Shown: one piece after another, positions 45,316 through 54,530 of the stretch
Layout of the letters: each line of letters starts with the position of its first letter
How positions within the stretch are numbered: the first letter of the stretch is position 1
Position numbers and translations under genes: made by a program
Assembly (NCBI GenBank): GCA_947629405.1
Contig: CANRDL010000002.1
Location: 23,417-87,416 of the forward strand
Origin: an uncultured Bacilli bacterium
GTDB lineage: Bacteria > Bacillota_I > Bacilli_A > RF39 > UBA660
Reading direction: 5' to 3'
Length of the DNA stretch: 64,000 nucleotides
The notes under the pieces: generated by a model
Databases searched by the model: none
What the model saw: the letters and a program-made list of their open reading frames with translations, nothing else
What the model was told of the DNA's origin: nothing

Positions 45316-46209
45316 ATGGGTGTTGCAATTAAGAGATTTTTAAGCAATAAAAACACCGTTACAATTATAGGTGTAATATTAGGAATAGTTGTATTATATA
45401 TTGGTTACACTTGGCGTGTAAATAATGCTTTAGAATTAGTTTCTGTTCCTGTTGCAAAAGAAGAAATTGCTTCTCGTACGAAAATAACCGAAGATATGTT
45501 GACTTATATCAAATTACCTAGAAATTCTATCGAATCATTAGATAATTTGGAAACTTCAGCTAGTAATATTGTTGGTAAATATGTATCTTTTGGTACGAGT
45601 ATTGCAAAAAATAGTATGTTTTACACATCATATTTAATTAGTAAAAGTGAAATGCCAGATTCAGCTTTTGCCAATATCCCTGATGGATATACAATATTTA
45701 GTCTAGACGTTACTCAACATTCTACATACGGAAATTCAATTTATCCAGATAATTATATTGATTTGTATTTAAAAGCTACTGATGATTCAGGAAAAGTTAT
45801 TTTTGGAAAATTAATTTCTAGTATTAAAGTTTTAGCAGTAAAAGATAGTAATGGTAATCATGTATTTGAAACAACTGTTGAAACTAGAACCCCAGCTGAA
45901 TTACTATTTGCTGTAACTGATGATATGTTCTTGCTATTAAAGAAAGCAGAATATATTGGTTGTGAAATTTCTCCAGTACCAAGAAATGCTTCCTATAGTG
46001 CCGATCCAGGCGAAACTAGTGTAGCTAATGATTACCTAAGAGATTTCATCTTATCAAAAGCAGCAACTATACCTGATTCAGAAATTACAACGACAGAAGA
46101 TTCTGTAAATGAAGCAGAAGATGAAGATACAACCGAAATTACTAGTTCTAAAAAGACAAGTAGTACTAAAAAAACAAGTAGTACAAAAAAGGCAAGTAGC
46201 AGCGAATAA
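45316..46209 (+). CDS. cpaB: CpaB/RcpC-like Flp pilus assembly protein (SAF-type domain) with Ser/Thr/Lys repeat tail
   Basis: N-terminal TM then LVSVPVAKEEIASRTKITEDMLTYIKLP, typical of the CpaB N-terminal domain. The tail is SSKKTSSTKKTSSTKKASSSE. Confidence 0.5.
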   Translation: MGVAIKRFLSNKNTVTIIGVILGIVVLYIGYTWRVNNALELVSVPVAKEEIASRTKITEDMLTYIKLPRNSIESLDNLETSASNIVGKYVSFGTSIAKNSMFYTSYLISKSEMPDSAFANIPDGYTIFSLDVTQHSTYGNSIYPDNYIDLYLKATDDSGKVIFGKLISSIKVLAVKDSNGNHVFETTVETRTPAELLFAVTDDMFLLLKKAEYIGCEISPVPRNASYSADPGETSVANDYLRDFILSKAATIPDSEITTTEDSVNEAEDEDTTEITSSKKTSSTKKTSSTKKASSSE

Positions 46210-46236
46210 TAAAAAAGGATAAAAAGGGATGATATA

Positions 46237-47448
46237 ATGAACGAAGCAATATTTTCACAAATAGATTTTGGCCCTTTAAAGGAGTACCTAGAAGAAGACA
46301 ATATTACCGATATTTCTTATGATAATGGTGGACAACTTTGGCTTAAAACTTTGGATAAAGGAATTTATCGAATTGAAAATCCAGCTATTAATAATGCTTT
46401 AATAGAAAAAATAGCATTCCAATGTTCAAATGTTATGGGAAAAACATTTAATATGGCTGAACCATTTTTGGATGCTGAAAGTACAGAGCTTCGTTTAAAT
46501 TTTATTCATGAATCAATTGCTACTAATGGAATTGCGATGGTTATTCGTAAAACTCCTGCCAAGATTAGATTAAATAGAGAAAAATTACTTGATGAGCAAT
46601 ATGTTACAAAAGATTTATTAGATTTTTTAATAAAATGTGTCCATGCGCGATGCAATATTATAGTTAGTGGTGAAACTGGTTCAGGTAAAACAGAACTTGT
46701 TAAATATTTGGCCTCAAATACTATGGAAAATGAAAAAATCATTACTATTGAGGATACTTTGGAATTACACTTAGATCGTATATTTCCTCATAGAGACATA
46801 GTTGCTATGAAAACTAATAATATTGCTTCATATACTGATGTTTTAGTTACCTGCATGAGACAGAATCCCATATGGATATTATTGTCTGAGGTTCGTTCAG
46901 CTGAAGCTGTATTAGCAGTTCGTAACTCAATATCATCTGGACATCATATTTTATCAACAATCCATGCTGATAAAGCATCATCAATTCCCATGCGTATGTA
47001 CTCACTTCTTGAAAGTAGTCAAGATGTTGATCAATTTTTAGCATCAATTCATAGATATGTTCAAATTGGTATATATGTAAAAGGTTATTTTTCTAAAGAA
47101 CTAAATAGATTTCAAAGAGAGATTATTGAAGTTTGTGAATTTTATGTTGATGATGATAATAAACCTAAAAGTAATATAATTTATAAAAAGACTTTAGATG
47201 GAAAAATTAGTTTAAATAATCCAACTAAGCATTTATTAGATTACTTTAGTATTTCTAATGTAGAAATAGACGAAGATACTTTCCATCTTGGAACAAATGA
47301 AGCTAATAATGAAAGTACAGAAGAAAATGTAAATCAAGAAAATAGTGTTTCAGAAACTGTTACTGAACCTTTAAAAAATAATACTACAGTTCAAGATTCA
47401 GCAGATTTACTAAATTCTTTAAGATTAAATAATATTGAAACATTGTAA
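46237..47448 (+). CDS. tadA: TadA/CpaF-family secretion ATPase
   Basis: Walker A IIVSGETGSGKTE, ITIEDTLEL, RQNPIWILLSEVR, His-box LSTIHA. Followed by two T2SS-F-type membrane proteins. Confidence 0.85.
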   Translation: MNEAIFSQIDFGPLKEYLEEDNITDISYDNGGQLWLKTLDKGIYRIENPAINNALIEKIAFQCSNVMGKTFNMAEPFLDAESTELRLNFIHESIATNGIAMVIRKTPAKIRLNREKLLDEQYVTKDLLDFLIKCVHARCNIIVSGETGSGKTELVKYLASNTMENEKIITIEDTLELHLDRIFPHRDIVAMKTNNIASYTDVLVTCMRQNPIWILLSEVRSAEAVLAVRNSISSGHHILSTIHADKASSIPMRMYSLLESSQDVDQFLASIHRYVQIGIYVKGYFSKELNRFQREIIEVCEFYVDDDNKPKSNIIYKKTLDGKISLNNPTKHLLDYFSISNVEIDEDTFHLGTNEANNESTEENVNQENSVSETVTEPLKNNTTVQDSADLLNSLRLNNIETL

Positions 47449-47475
47449 TAAAAATTAGAAAGTGGGTGAATATTT

Positions 47476-48369
47476 GTGGTATTAATTATTTTATTAATAA
47501 TTGCAGCTTTTGTAATTACCTATAGAACTAATACAGGTGAAAAAACATCTAAGTTTTTTATAGAAAAAATTACACAAGCTTATAACAAATATGCCCCAGG
47601 AAGATTTAAAGAAGTAAGAGAAAAAGCAAAAGAACTTGGTCAAGAATATACCCCACGTCAATATTTAACTCAAGTAGTTATTTTGGGTGTATTTTTTGGT
47701 GGAGTTGCTTTTTTATATTTTTGGAATTTAATTATTGCCATTATTTATGCTGTAGCAGCTATTTCTTTTGTACCATATCTAGCTTTACTTCGATGCAAAA
47801 GAGTTTACAGTGAATATATTTTTGAACAAATTCAAGTATATACAACAAACACTATAATGGAATTTAATACTACTCAGTCTTTTGTAAAATCATTAGAAGG
47901 AGTAAGAGATTCTGGAATTATAGAAGAACCTGTATTAAGTGATTTAAAAAAGATGATAGACTTATCTTATGAAAATGGTACAATTGAAGAATCTATAGAA
48001 TACTTTAATCAAAGATATCCATTTTATATGGTAAAAAATATGCATCAATTATTTTTACAAATTACTAATGAAGGTGCTAAAGATTCTGGAGAATCTTTAG
48101 AAAATATGTCTATGGACATTGACACACTTGTTGAAGGTGTTTATCGTGATAGAATGGACAGAAAAAATTTCCATAAAAGATTTTTAACTTTTGGTTTTGT
48201 ATTATTTTTCCTAGTTGTTGCTATGCAACTATTATTAGGTCATGATTCATATATAGAAATTGCTAAATTGTGGTATGTTAATTTATTACTTCATGCCATA
48301 ATTATCGCTAATTGTTACTTCCTTTTAAAAGGTGAGAAGTATTATAATGAAGATGTGGGGGCTGAATAA
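47476..48369 (+). CDS. tadB: TadB-like platform protein (T2SS-F domain)
   Basis: GTG start. N-terminal TM, central cytoplasmic helical domain and C-terminal TMs. Position after tadA. Confidence 0.6.
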   Translation: MVLIILLIIAAFVITYRTNTGEKTSKFFIEKITQAYNKYAPGRFKEVREKAKELGQEYTPRQYLTQVVILGVFFGGVAFLYFWNLIIAIIYAVAAISFVPYLALLRCKRVYSEYIFEQIQVYTTNTIMEFNTTQSFVKSLEGVRDSGIIEEPVLSDLKKMIDLSYENGTIEESIEYFNQRYPFYMVKNMHQLFLQITNEGAKDSGESLENMSMDIDTLVEGVYRDRMDRKNFHKRFLTFGFVLFFLVVAMQLLLGHDSYIEIAKLWYVNLLLHAIIIANCYFLLKGEKYYNEDVGAE

Positions 48370-48371
48370 TT

Positions 48372-49160
48372 ATGTATATAGAAATAATATTTTTAGGCAT
48401 TGCCATATTCTTTATAATGAATTATACAGGACGAATTAGTACTAATAAATTTATTGAAGAAAATAATGACATTTTTGAAAAATTAAAAGAAGATGACTTT
48501 GACTTTTATGTTCATGCTAAATATGGTCCAGAAAGAGATCCAGATGTTTTATTTAAAAAAAGAATGAAAAATGCTATATTAACTTTCTTTGTGGTTTTAA
48601 TTTTCTTTATCGCTAGCTTAGATTATATTAAATTTTTGTTAGCAATAGGTATAGCATTTGGTGTATTTAAAATGGATTATATTCAACTTAAATCCTATTA
48701 TAAAGGAAGATTACATGAAATAGATTTATTACTACCTTATTATTTAAAGAACTTAGAAATCTTAATTCAACACTATACCGTTCCCGTTGCTATAGGAAAA
48801 TCAATTGAAACAGCTCCAGCTATATTTAAAGAAGGTTTACAAAAAATGATTAGTGAAATTAATGCTGGGGATCAAAGTATTGAGCCTTATATGCAATTTG
48901 CTAGAGATTATCCGGTAAGAGATTCCATGCGTATGATGAGACTTTTATATCGTTTATCTTTAGGTCGTCAAGAAAGAAAACAAGAACAATTATTAGCATT
49001 TTCTAAAACTATTTCTAACTTACAACAAAAAGCTAGAGAAACTAAATATAAAGAAAGACTAGAAAGAATGGAAAAAAAGACAATGCAAATGTTAGTAATT
49101 ACCGGTGTTGGCTTAATGATCTTGCTAGTTGTATCTTTATTGATGATGTTTAGTAAATAA
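48372..49160 (+). CDS. tadC: TadC-like platform protein (T2SS-F domain)
   Basis: Same topology as the preceding ORF. LLPYYLKNLEILIQHYTVPVAIGKSIETAP...EINAGDQSIEPYMQFARDYP resembles the T2SS-F repeat. Confidence 0.6.
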   Translation: MYIEIIFLGIAIFFIMNYTGRISTNKFIEENNDIFEKLKEDDFDFYVHAKYGPERDPDVLFKKRMKNAILTFFVVLIFFIASLDYIKFLLAIGIAFGVFKMDYIQLKSYYKGRLHEIDLLLPYYLKNLEILIQHYTVPVAIGKSIETAPAIFKEGLQKMISEINAGDQSIEPYMQFARDYPVRDSMRMMRLLYRLSLGRQERKQEQLLAFSKTISNLQQKARETKYKERLERMEKKTMQMLVITGVGLMILLVVSLLMMFSK

Positions 49161-49187
49161 TCTTATAAATAAATATTTAAAAATATT

Positions 49188-49213
49188 AGCTAGTAACGAA
49201 ATACTAGCTTTTT
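49188..49213 (+). terminator. rho-independent terminator after tadC
   Basis: agctagta-acgaaa-tactagct 8-bp stem plus TTTTT. Confidence 0.65.
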
Positions 49214-49275
49214 ATATAGCAAGTTAACCTTTGTTTTGTTATAATATTTATATAAGTAAAATAGAGGTGAAATAA

Positions 49276-51816
49276 ATGATAAAAAATAAAAAAAATATTA
49301 TATATTATATTTTATCTTTTATTATACCTTTAATAATCTTTTCTTATATTTGCTATGTCGCTAAAATTTATCCTTTTGGAGATATATTAATAAATAAATA
49401 CGACTCATTTGGGCAGTATACATCTTTTTTAATAGAATTAATTTCTAAATTAAAAATGGGTGGTAACTTTTTTTATACTTTACATGCTGGATGTGGTTCT
49501 AATTTTTTAGGAATTTTTAACTTGTATGCGTCAAGTCCTTTAAATTTGTTGTTTATCTTTTTTAAGAGTAATCAAGTTTACAGTTTTTATGTTTTACTGA
49601 TATATCTTAAAATGGGATTAAGTGGTTTGAGTTTATTTTTATATTTAAAAAATGTAAATAAAAAGAACTTAAATGTTTCTTTAATCTTTTCAACTATATA
49701 TGCTTTATCATCTTTTTCGATTGTTTATTGTTATCACATTATGTGGAGTGATGCATTTTATATGGTCCCATTAATCCTTTTAGGGATTGATAAGTTAGTT
49801 GATAATGATAAAATTCTATTGTATACAATTTGTTTATCAATTATGATATTAATAAACTTTTATATGGCATATATGATATGTATATTTTGTGTCATCTATT
49901 TTATATATAAGATTGTCAATAAAAAAGAAAATAAATTATCAACCATTTTAAAATTTTTATTAGCATCTTTAATCAGTGGTTTAGTTGGGGCGGTTGTTTT
50001 AATACCATCCGGTTTTGCAATTTTGAGTGGTAGAAGTTTTGGTGATGAAAATTATTTAGCCCTTAACTTAAAAAATTTAGAAGCCTTTTTCTATAATCTT
50101 ACACCAGCCAGTTTTTTAAAAACAGATAATTATAATGATGGTACATGTGTTATTGGCTGTACAATGTTTATAATTGCTTTAGTAGCAATGTATTTCTTTA
50201 ATAAAAAATTTTCTTTAAAGCAAAAAATAACAGTTGGAGCCATAATTTTATTTTTCTTTATCTCATTTTCCTTTAATGCTGTTGATTTTGCTTGGAATAT
50301 GTTTGCAAGGCCAGTATGGTGGAATTCAAGGTATGCTTATTTATTTAGTTTATTTTTAATAATTATTGCTTATAATTCATTTATTAATATTAAAGATTTA
50401 AAAATGAAAAACTTTTTTAAACTATTATTAATTTTAGTATTTTTTGTCCTTATATTAACTAGCATGTCCCTAAAACTAAAAGGTAGTGGTCCAAGTAATT
50501 TAAAATTCATTATTACAATGCTATCGATAATTTATTTGGGAGTTTATCTTTATTTAATTTCAACATTAGGTAACAAGAATAAGCAATTATTAAAAATATT
50601 AATTATTTTATTTATGATTTTAACGGAAATTACTTATAATGGCTATTACCTTTTAACTGAAGATAAAGATAATAATAATTACTATAAAGATACAGTTGAA
50701 ACATTAAATCGGAAAGTAAATTATGTTAATAAAATAAAAAAATTAGATAGTAGCTTTTATCGAATTTATGATTTTAATGATGGACAAGAAAACAATGGCA
50801 TGATTATGAATTTTAACTCGCCGCAAGTTTTTTCTTCCGTTTATAATAAAAATATAAATGAATTTTATTCAAAATATTTAGAAGTAAATGATAATTTAGA
50901 TGAAACTGTAAATCACACTAAAATATCTTATCCATCATTAGAATTATTGTCTTTAATAAATGTAAAATATATTATTGATACTAATAGCAATTATTATTAT
51001 CAAATAGAAGATGAAATTTTAAAAAATAATTATGCTCTTCCCTTTGGCTTTTTAATAGAAAATAATAAATCAATAAATTTAACTGATTATTCTAAGTTTG
51101 AAAATACAGAAAAAATATATTCTTATCTTGCTAATAAAAAAACATATATTTATCATGATGTTGATGAAAGTATAACCTATAATAATGTTTCTACTAATAA
51201 AGATGGTACTCTAAAATTACAAGATCAAGATAAAAAAGGAGAAATTATCTATGACTTTATAGTTGATACAGAGGGAATATTATCACCAAGAATATCAGAG
51301 AATTTGCATAGAATTTCTACAATTTATGTAAATGATGCAATTGTTAATAAAGATGATTTAATATATCTTAAAAAAGGTGATAAAGTTAGTATTAATTATT
51401 CATTTGATAAAGCATCACAAATAAATGGTAAAACTTTTAATGATTTGCAAGTAAATATACTTGATATTTCTAAATTTAAAGATGTTATAAATAAAATTTC
51501 CCGAAATGAAGTAAAGTTTAGTGAAAATAAAGAAGATATATTGAGTGCTAATGTTATAGTTAAAGAAGATAATAAAAAATTATTTATGTCATTACCTTAT
51601 GATGATGGTCTGATTATAAAAGTTGATAATAAAAAAAACAAAGTAAATAAAGAATTTAATACTTTTATTTCTATAAATTTAACTAAGGGAAAACATAAAA
51701 TTAAAATTAATTATCTACCAAAAGGTTTTAAATTAGGTTTAATTATATCTTTAACTACTATTTTTAGTTCCATAATATTATTTATAATTAAAAAGTTTAC
51801 AAACTTTTGTAAATAA
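49276..51816 (+). CDS. YfhO-family polytopic membrane protein (putative glycosyltransferase/glycopolymer-modifying)
   Basis: 846 aa, many TM helices, N-terminal YPFGDILINKYDSFGQYTSF and a large C-terminal extracytoplasmic domain ending in a TM. Size and layout match YfhO. Confidence 0.65.
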   Translation: MIKNKKNIIYYILSFIIPLIIFSYICYVAKIYPFGDILINKYDSFGQYTSFLIELISKLKMGGNFFYTLHAGCGSNFLGIFNLYASSPLNLLFIFFKSNQVYSFYVLLIYLKMGLSGLSLFLYLKNVNKKNLNVSLIFSTIYALSSFSIVYCYHIMWSDAFYMVPLILLGIDKLVDNDKILLYTICLSIMILINFYMAYMICIFCVIYFIYKIVNKKENKLSTILKFLLASLISGLVGAVVLIPSGFAILSGRSFGDENYLALNLKNLEAFFYNLTPASFLKTDNYNDGTCVIGCTMFIIALVAMYFFNKKFSLKQKITVGAIILFFFISFSFNAVDFAWNMFARPVWWNSRYAYLFSLFLIIIAYNSFINIKDLKMKNFFKLLLILVFFVLILTSMSLKLKGSGPSNLKFIITMLSIIYLGVYLYLISTLGNKNKQLLKILIILFMILTEITYNGYYLLTEDKDNNNYYKDTVETLNRKVNYVNKIKKLDSSFYRIYDFNDGQENNGMIMNFNSPQVFSSVYNKNINEFYSKYLEVNDNLDETVNHTKISYPSLELLSLINVKYIIDTNSNYYYQIEDEILKNNYALPFGFLIENNKSINLTDYSKFENTEKIYSYLANKKTYIYHDVDESITYNNVSTNKDGTLKLQDQDKKGEIIYDFIVDTEGILSPRISENLHRISTIYVNDAIVNKDDLIYLKKGDKVSINYSFDKASQINGKTFNDLQVNILDISKFKDVINKISRNEVKFSENKEDILSANVIVKEDNKKLFMSLPYDDGLIIKVDNKKNKVNKEFNTFISINLTKGKHKIKINYLPKGFKLGLIISLTTIFSSIILFIIKKFTNFCK

Positions 51817-51838
51817 CTTTATAAAAAAACCAAAATTA

Positions 51839-51867
51839 TTGATAAAACAAAAAAATCTAGGTATAAT
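51839..51867 (+). promoter_or_regulatory. near-consensus sigma-A promoter of the pilin genes
   Basis: TTGATA (51839-51844), 17 nt, TATAAT (51862-51867). Confidence 0.6.
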
Positions 51868-51899
51868 AAATATGTATATAATAAGGAGGAATGTATTAA

Positions 51900-52121
51900 A
51901 TGAAAGAGGCGACTGGAGAATTAAATATGACAGTAATTACTGTTGTTGCAATAGCTGCAATAGCGGCAATATTCTATGCTTTTGTTTGGCCAGCAATCAA
52001 AACAAGTTTAGCTGAAAATACTTGTTCTACAAAATGTCCTAATGAAAGTAGTGGAATGTCTTGTTTTGATGCTTGTATGAGTTCTGCAAATAATTCTCAA
52101 GCAAATAATAAAATAGGATAG
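51900..52121 (+). CDS. Flp-like small pilin 1 (non-canonical leader)
   Basis: 73 aa. MKEATG/ELNMTVITVVAIAAIAAIFYAFVW hydrophobic helix. C-terminal region has four Cys. Strong RBS AAGGAGG. Confidence 0.55.
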   Translation: MKEATGELNMTVITVVAIAAIAAIFYAFVWPAIKTSLAENTCSTKCPNESSGMSCFDACMSSANNSQANNKIG

Positions 52122-52163
52122 TAGATTAAGCAAAAATCTTTAAAAAATAGGAGGCCATAATAT

Positions 52164-52433
52164 ATGAAAGAAGCAACTGGTGAATTAAATATGACAGTAA
52201 TTGTCGTTATTGCCATAGCTGCTATGGCTTCTTTTTTCTTTGGCTTTTTTTGGCCTAGTATAAAAAATAGTTTTGATAGTGATACTGCTTGTAATAAAGC
52301 AAATTGTGAGTATGGTGAAAATGGTAATAATGTTAAAGATGGTTATTATATTTCTTGTTCATATACTTCATCAAAATCTGGTGAAGAACCAAAAACTTAT
52401 GACTTAGATGGCAAATGCCCTTACAAAGGATAG
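52164..52433 (+). CDS. Flp-like small pilin 2 (paralogue)
   Basis: 89 aa. The first 13 residues are identical to pilin 1 (MKEATGELNMTVI), followed by a related hydrophobic helix. Divergent C-terminal region, also with four Cys. Confidence 0.55.
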   Translation: MKEATGELNMTVIVVIAIAAMASFFFGFFWPSIKNSFDSDTACNKANCEYGENGNNVKDGYYISCSYTSSKSGEEPKTYDLDGKCPYKG

Positions 52434-52441
52434 TGAAGTAA

Positions 52442-52942
52442 ATGAGAGAATCTTATGGAGCTGGATGGCTTACACAAATTGTAATTGTATTTATACTGCT
52501 TTTTGCAGCTATTATTTGTTATGCCATAAATTTCGGAAAAGCATTTAAAATAAAGAATCAAATTGTTGAAGATTTAGAATATTATGAAACACCGCGTGCT
52601 GCTAAATGTGCAATTAGTGATTATTTACAAGATGTCGGCTATCGAAAAATGTCCAATATAGACGAATTGCCAGCCGATGAAGATAAAGATAATTGTAAAG
52701 GGTATAATATTGATGGAAATGCATCTACAGATATGAAAGATAATGCTTACTATTTTATTTGCCAACATCATAGTAATGTAAATAATGCTGATATTCATAA
52801 AGTTTATTATAAAGTTTATGTATTCTGGGGCTTTGATTTACCTATTTTTGGGGATCTTTTAAATTTTGAAATGGCAGGGACAACTAAAAATTTACCATAT
52901 AGTGAAGATTGGAATACAGATACTACAACACCTTGTAGATAA
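52442..52942 (+). CDS. TadE/TadF-like pseudopilin 1
   Basis: MRESYGAGWLTQIVIVFILLFAAII N-terminus. About 166 aa. Paralogous to the next ORF (VYVFWGFDLPIFGDLLNFEMAG vs VVLFYDFNIPLISEVFNFKFKISG). Confidence 0.5.
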   Translation: MRESYGAGWLTQIVIVFILLFAAIICYAINFGKAFKIKNQIVEDLEYYETPRAAKCAISDYLQDVGYRKMSNIDELPADEDKDNCKGYNIDGNASTDMKDNAYYFICQHHSNVNNADIHKVYYKVYVFWGFDLPIFGDLLNFEMAGTTKNLPYSEDWNTDTTTPCR

Positions 52943-52959
52943 AAAGGAGAGTAGATTAA

Positions 52960-53463
52960 ATGAGAGAATCAATTGGTGGAGCATGGATTTATGCATTAGT
53001 ATTAGGTTTTGTATTATTATTTACTTCTTTTATATCTCTAGCAATTAGCTATAATAAAGTTTTTAAAGTTAAAAATGAAGTGTTATCTATTATTGAAAAA
53101 TATAATGGAGTTAATGAGAAAAACAAAGATATTATTTCTAACTATTTAAATACATCTGGATATAGCGCAGAAGGAATAAATGCTGACAAATGCAAAGATA
53201 TTGATGAAGACGAAGCTACAGAAATTAATCGAACAGGGTATAAATCTTATGGAGAAGTTGTTGGGGATGTTAAATTATCAGATGACAAAACAATGTGTAT
53301 AAAAAGAATTCAAAGAGAAAAAAATGTTTATATTTACGATGTAGTTTTATTCTATGATTTTAATATTCCTTTAATAAGTGAAGTTTTTAATTTTAAATTT
53401 AAAATTTCAGGACAATCTCAAGATATTTATTATCCTAATGATTTACCTAATTTAACTAAATAA
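52960..53463 (+). CDS. TadE/TadF-like pseudopilin 2
   Basis: MRESIGGAWIYALVLGFVLLFTSFI N-terminus. Paralogue of 52442-52942. Confidence 0.5.
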   Translation: MRESIGGAWIYALVLGFVLLFTSFISLAISYNKVFKVKNEVLSIIEKYNGVNEKNKDIISNYLNTSGYSAEGINADKCKDIDEDEATEINRTGYKSYGEVVGDVKLSDDKTMCIKRIQREKNVYIYDVVLFYDFNIPLISEVFNFKFKISGQSQDIYYPNDLPNLTK

Positions 53464-53487
53464 TCTTGATTTTTAAGGAGGATTAAT

Positions 53488-54471
53488 ATGAATGTTATAA
53501 TTGCTAATAAATATCAAAGTCAACTTGGTACTTTAGATATTGACGTAATAAAAAGTTTAAGTGGAGAATTCGAAGTAGAAGAAATAATATCTAATTTTAA
53601 GAATTTTTATTTTAATAAAATGATATTAGATATTACCGCTATTAAAAATTATAAAGATATAAATAATATTCAAAAATTATCTGTTGGTCTTGATATGTCT
53701 AAAATTATATTATTTTTAGACGAAGAAAATTCTTCGCCAGTATTTTTATCTCAATTAGTTTCAATGGGAATATATAATTTTACTAGAGATTTACCAAATA
53801 TTAAATATTTAATAAATAATCCTAATTCGTATAAAGATGTAGCCCAATTTCAAAAATTAGCTGAAAATGCTAATAACGATAATAATGATAATAATAGTCA
53901 GGCCAATCAAGGACCTATTAAAACTAGGATTATTGGTCTTAAAAATGTTACTGAAAATGCTGGATCTACAACTTTAACATATATTTTGAAAAAATATTTA
54001 GAAAAAGCTTATAAAGTAATGGCTATTGAAATGGATAAAAAAGATTTTTTACTTTTTAATGATCAAGAATTAGTATCAACTGATGAAGAAGATTTCCCTA
54101 CTACTATTATAAAAGGGAAAGATAGAGATGTTATTCTTATTGATTTAAATAATTCAGCAGAAATTAAAGATTGCGATGAAGTATTATATTTAGTTGAGCC
54201 TTCAATTATTAAATTAAATAAAATAATGAGAAAAAATAAAAATACTTTTACAGAGTTAAAGGGTAAAACAATAGTTTTAAATAAATCACTAATTAGTGAT
54301 AAAGATGTGAAAGAATTTGAATATGAAGCAAAATCTAAAGTATTTTTCAATATGCCGCCTTTGAATGATAAATCATTTGATAATCATGTTGTTGAGGACT
54401 TTTTAATTAAATTAGGATTTGATAGATTACAAACAGATGTAAAGCCTAAAAGATTTAAATGGTTTAAATAA
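53488..54471 (+). CDS. tadZ: TadZ/CpaE-like protein (receiver-like N-domain plus ParA/MinD-like domain with degenerate P-loop)
   Basis: RIIGLKNVTENAGSTTLTYILKKYLEKAYKVMAIEMD aligns with the MinD/CpaE layout, but the KGGxGKT lysines are missing. N-terminal 120 aa are receiver-like. Sits in the tad locus. Confidence 0.45.
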   Translation: MNVIIANKYQSQLGTLDIDVIKSLSGEFEVEEIISNFKNFYFNKMILDITAIKNYKDINNIQKLSVGLDMSKIILFLDEENSSPVFLSQLVSMGIYNFTRDLPNIKYLINNPNSYKDVAQFQKLAENANNDNNDNNSQANQGPIKTRIIGLKNVTENAGSTTLTYILKKYLEKAYKVMAIEMDKKDFLLFNDQELVSTDEEDFPTTIIKGKDRDVILIDLNNSAEIKDCDEVLYLVEPSIIKLNKIMRKNKNTFTELKGKTIVLNKSLISDKDVKEFEYEAKSKVFFNMPPLNDKSFDNHVVEDFLIKLGFDRLQTDVKPKRFKWFK

Positions 54472-54500
54472 TTGACAAAATATAATATTTCGATTACAAT
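54472..54500 (+). promoter_or_regulatory. near-consensus sigma-A promoter
   Basis: TTGACA (54472-54477), 17 nt, TACAAT (54495-54500). Confidence 0.6.
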
Positions 54501-54530
54501 ATACTTAGGTTTATAGAAGGAGAGGTTTAT

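Noticed and set aside
46032-47047. Minus-strand ORFs 46032-46301, 46506-46742 and 46847-47047
   Set aside because: They lie antisense to the cpaB-like and tadA genes, which have strong motif support.
52866-53048. + strand 60-aa ORF bridging the two TadE/F-like genes
   Set aside because: It is out of frame and overlaps two better-supported paralogous genes that each have an RBS.
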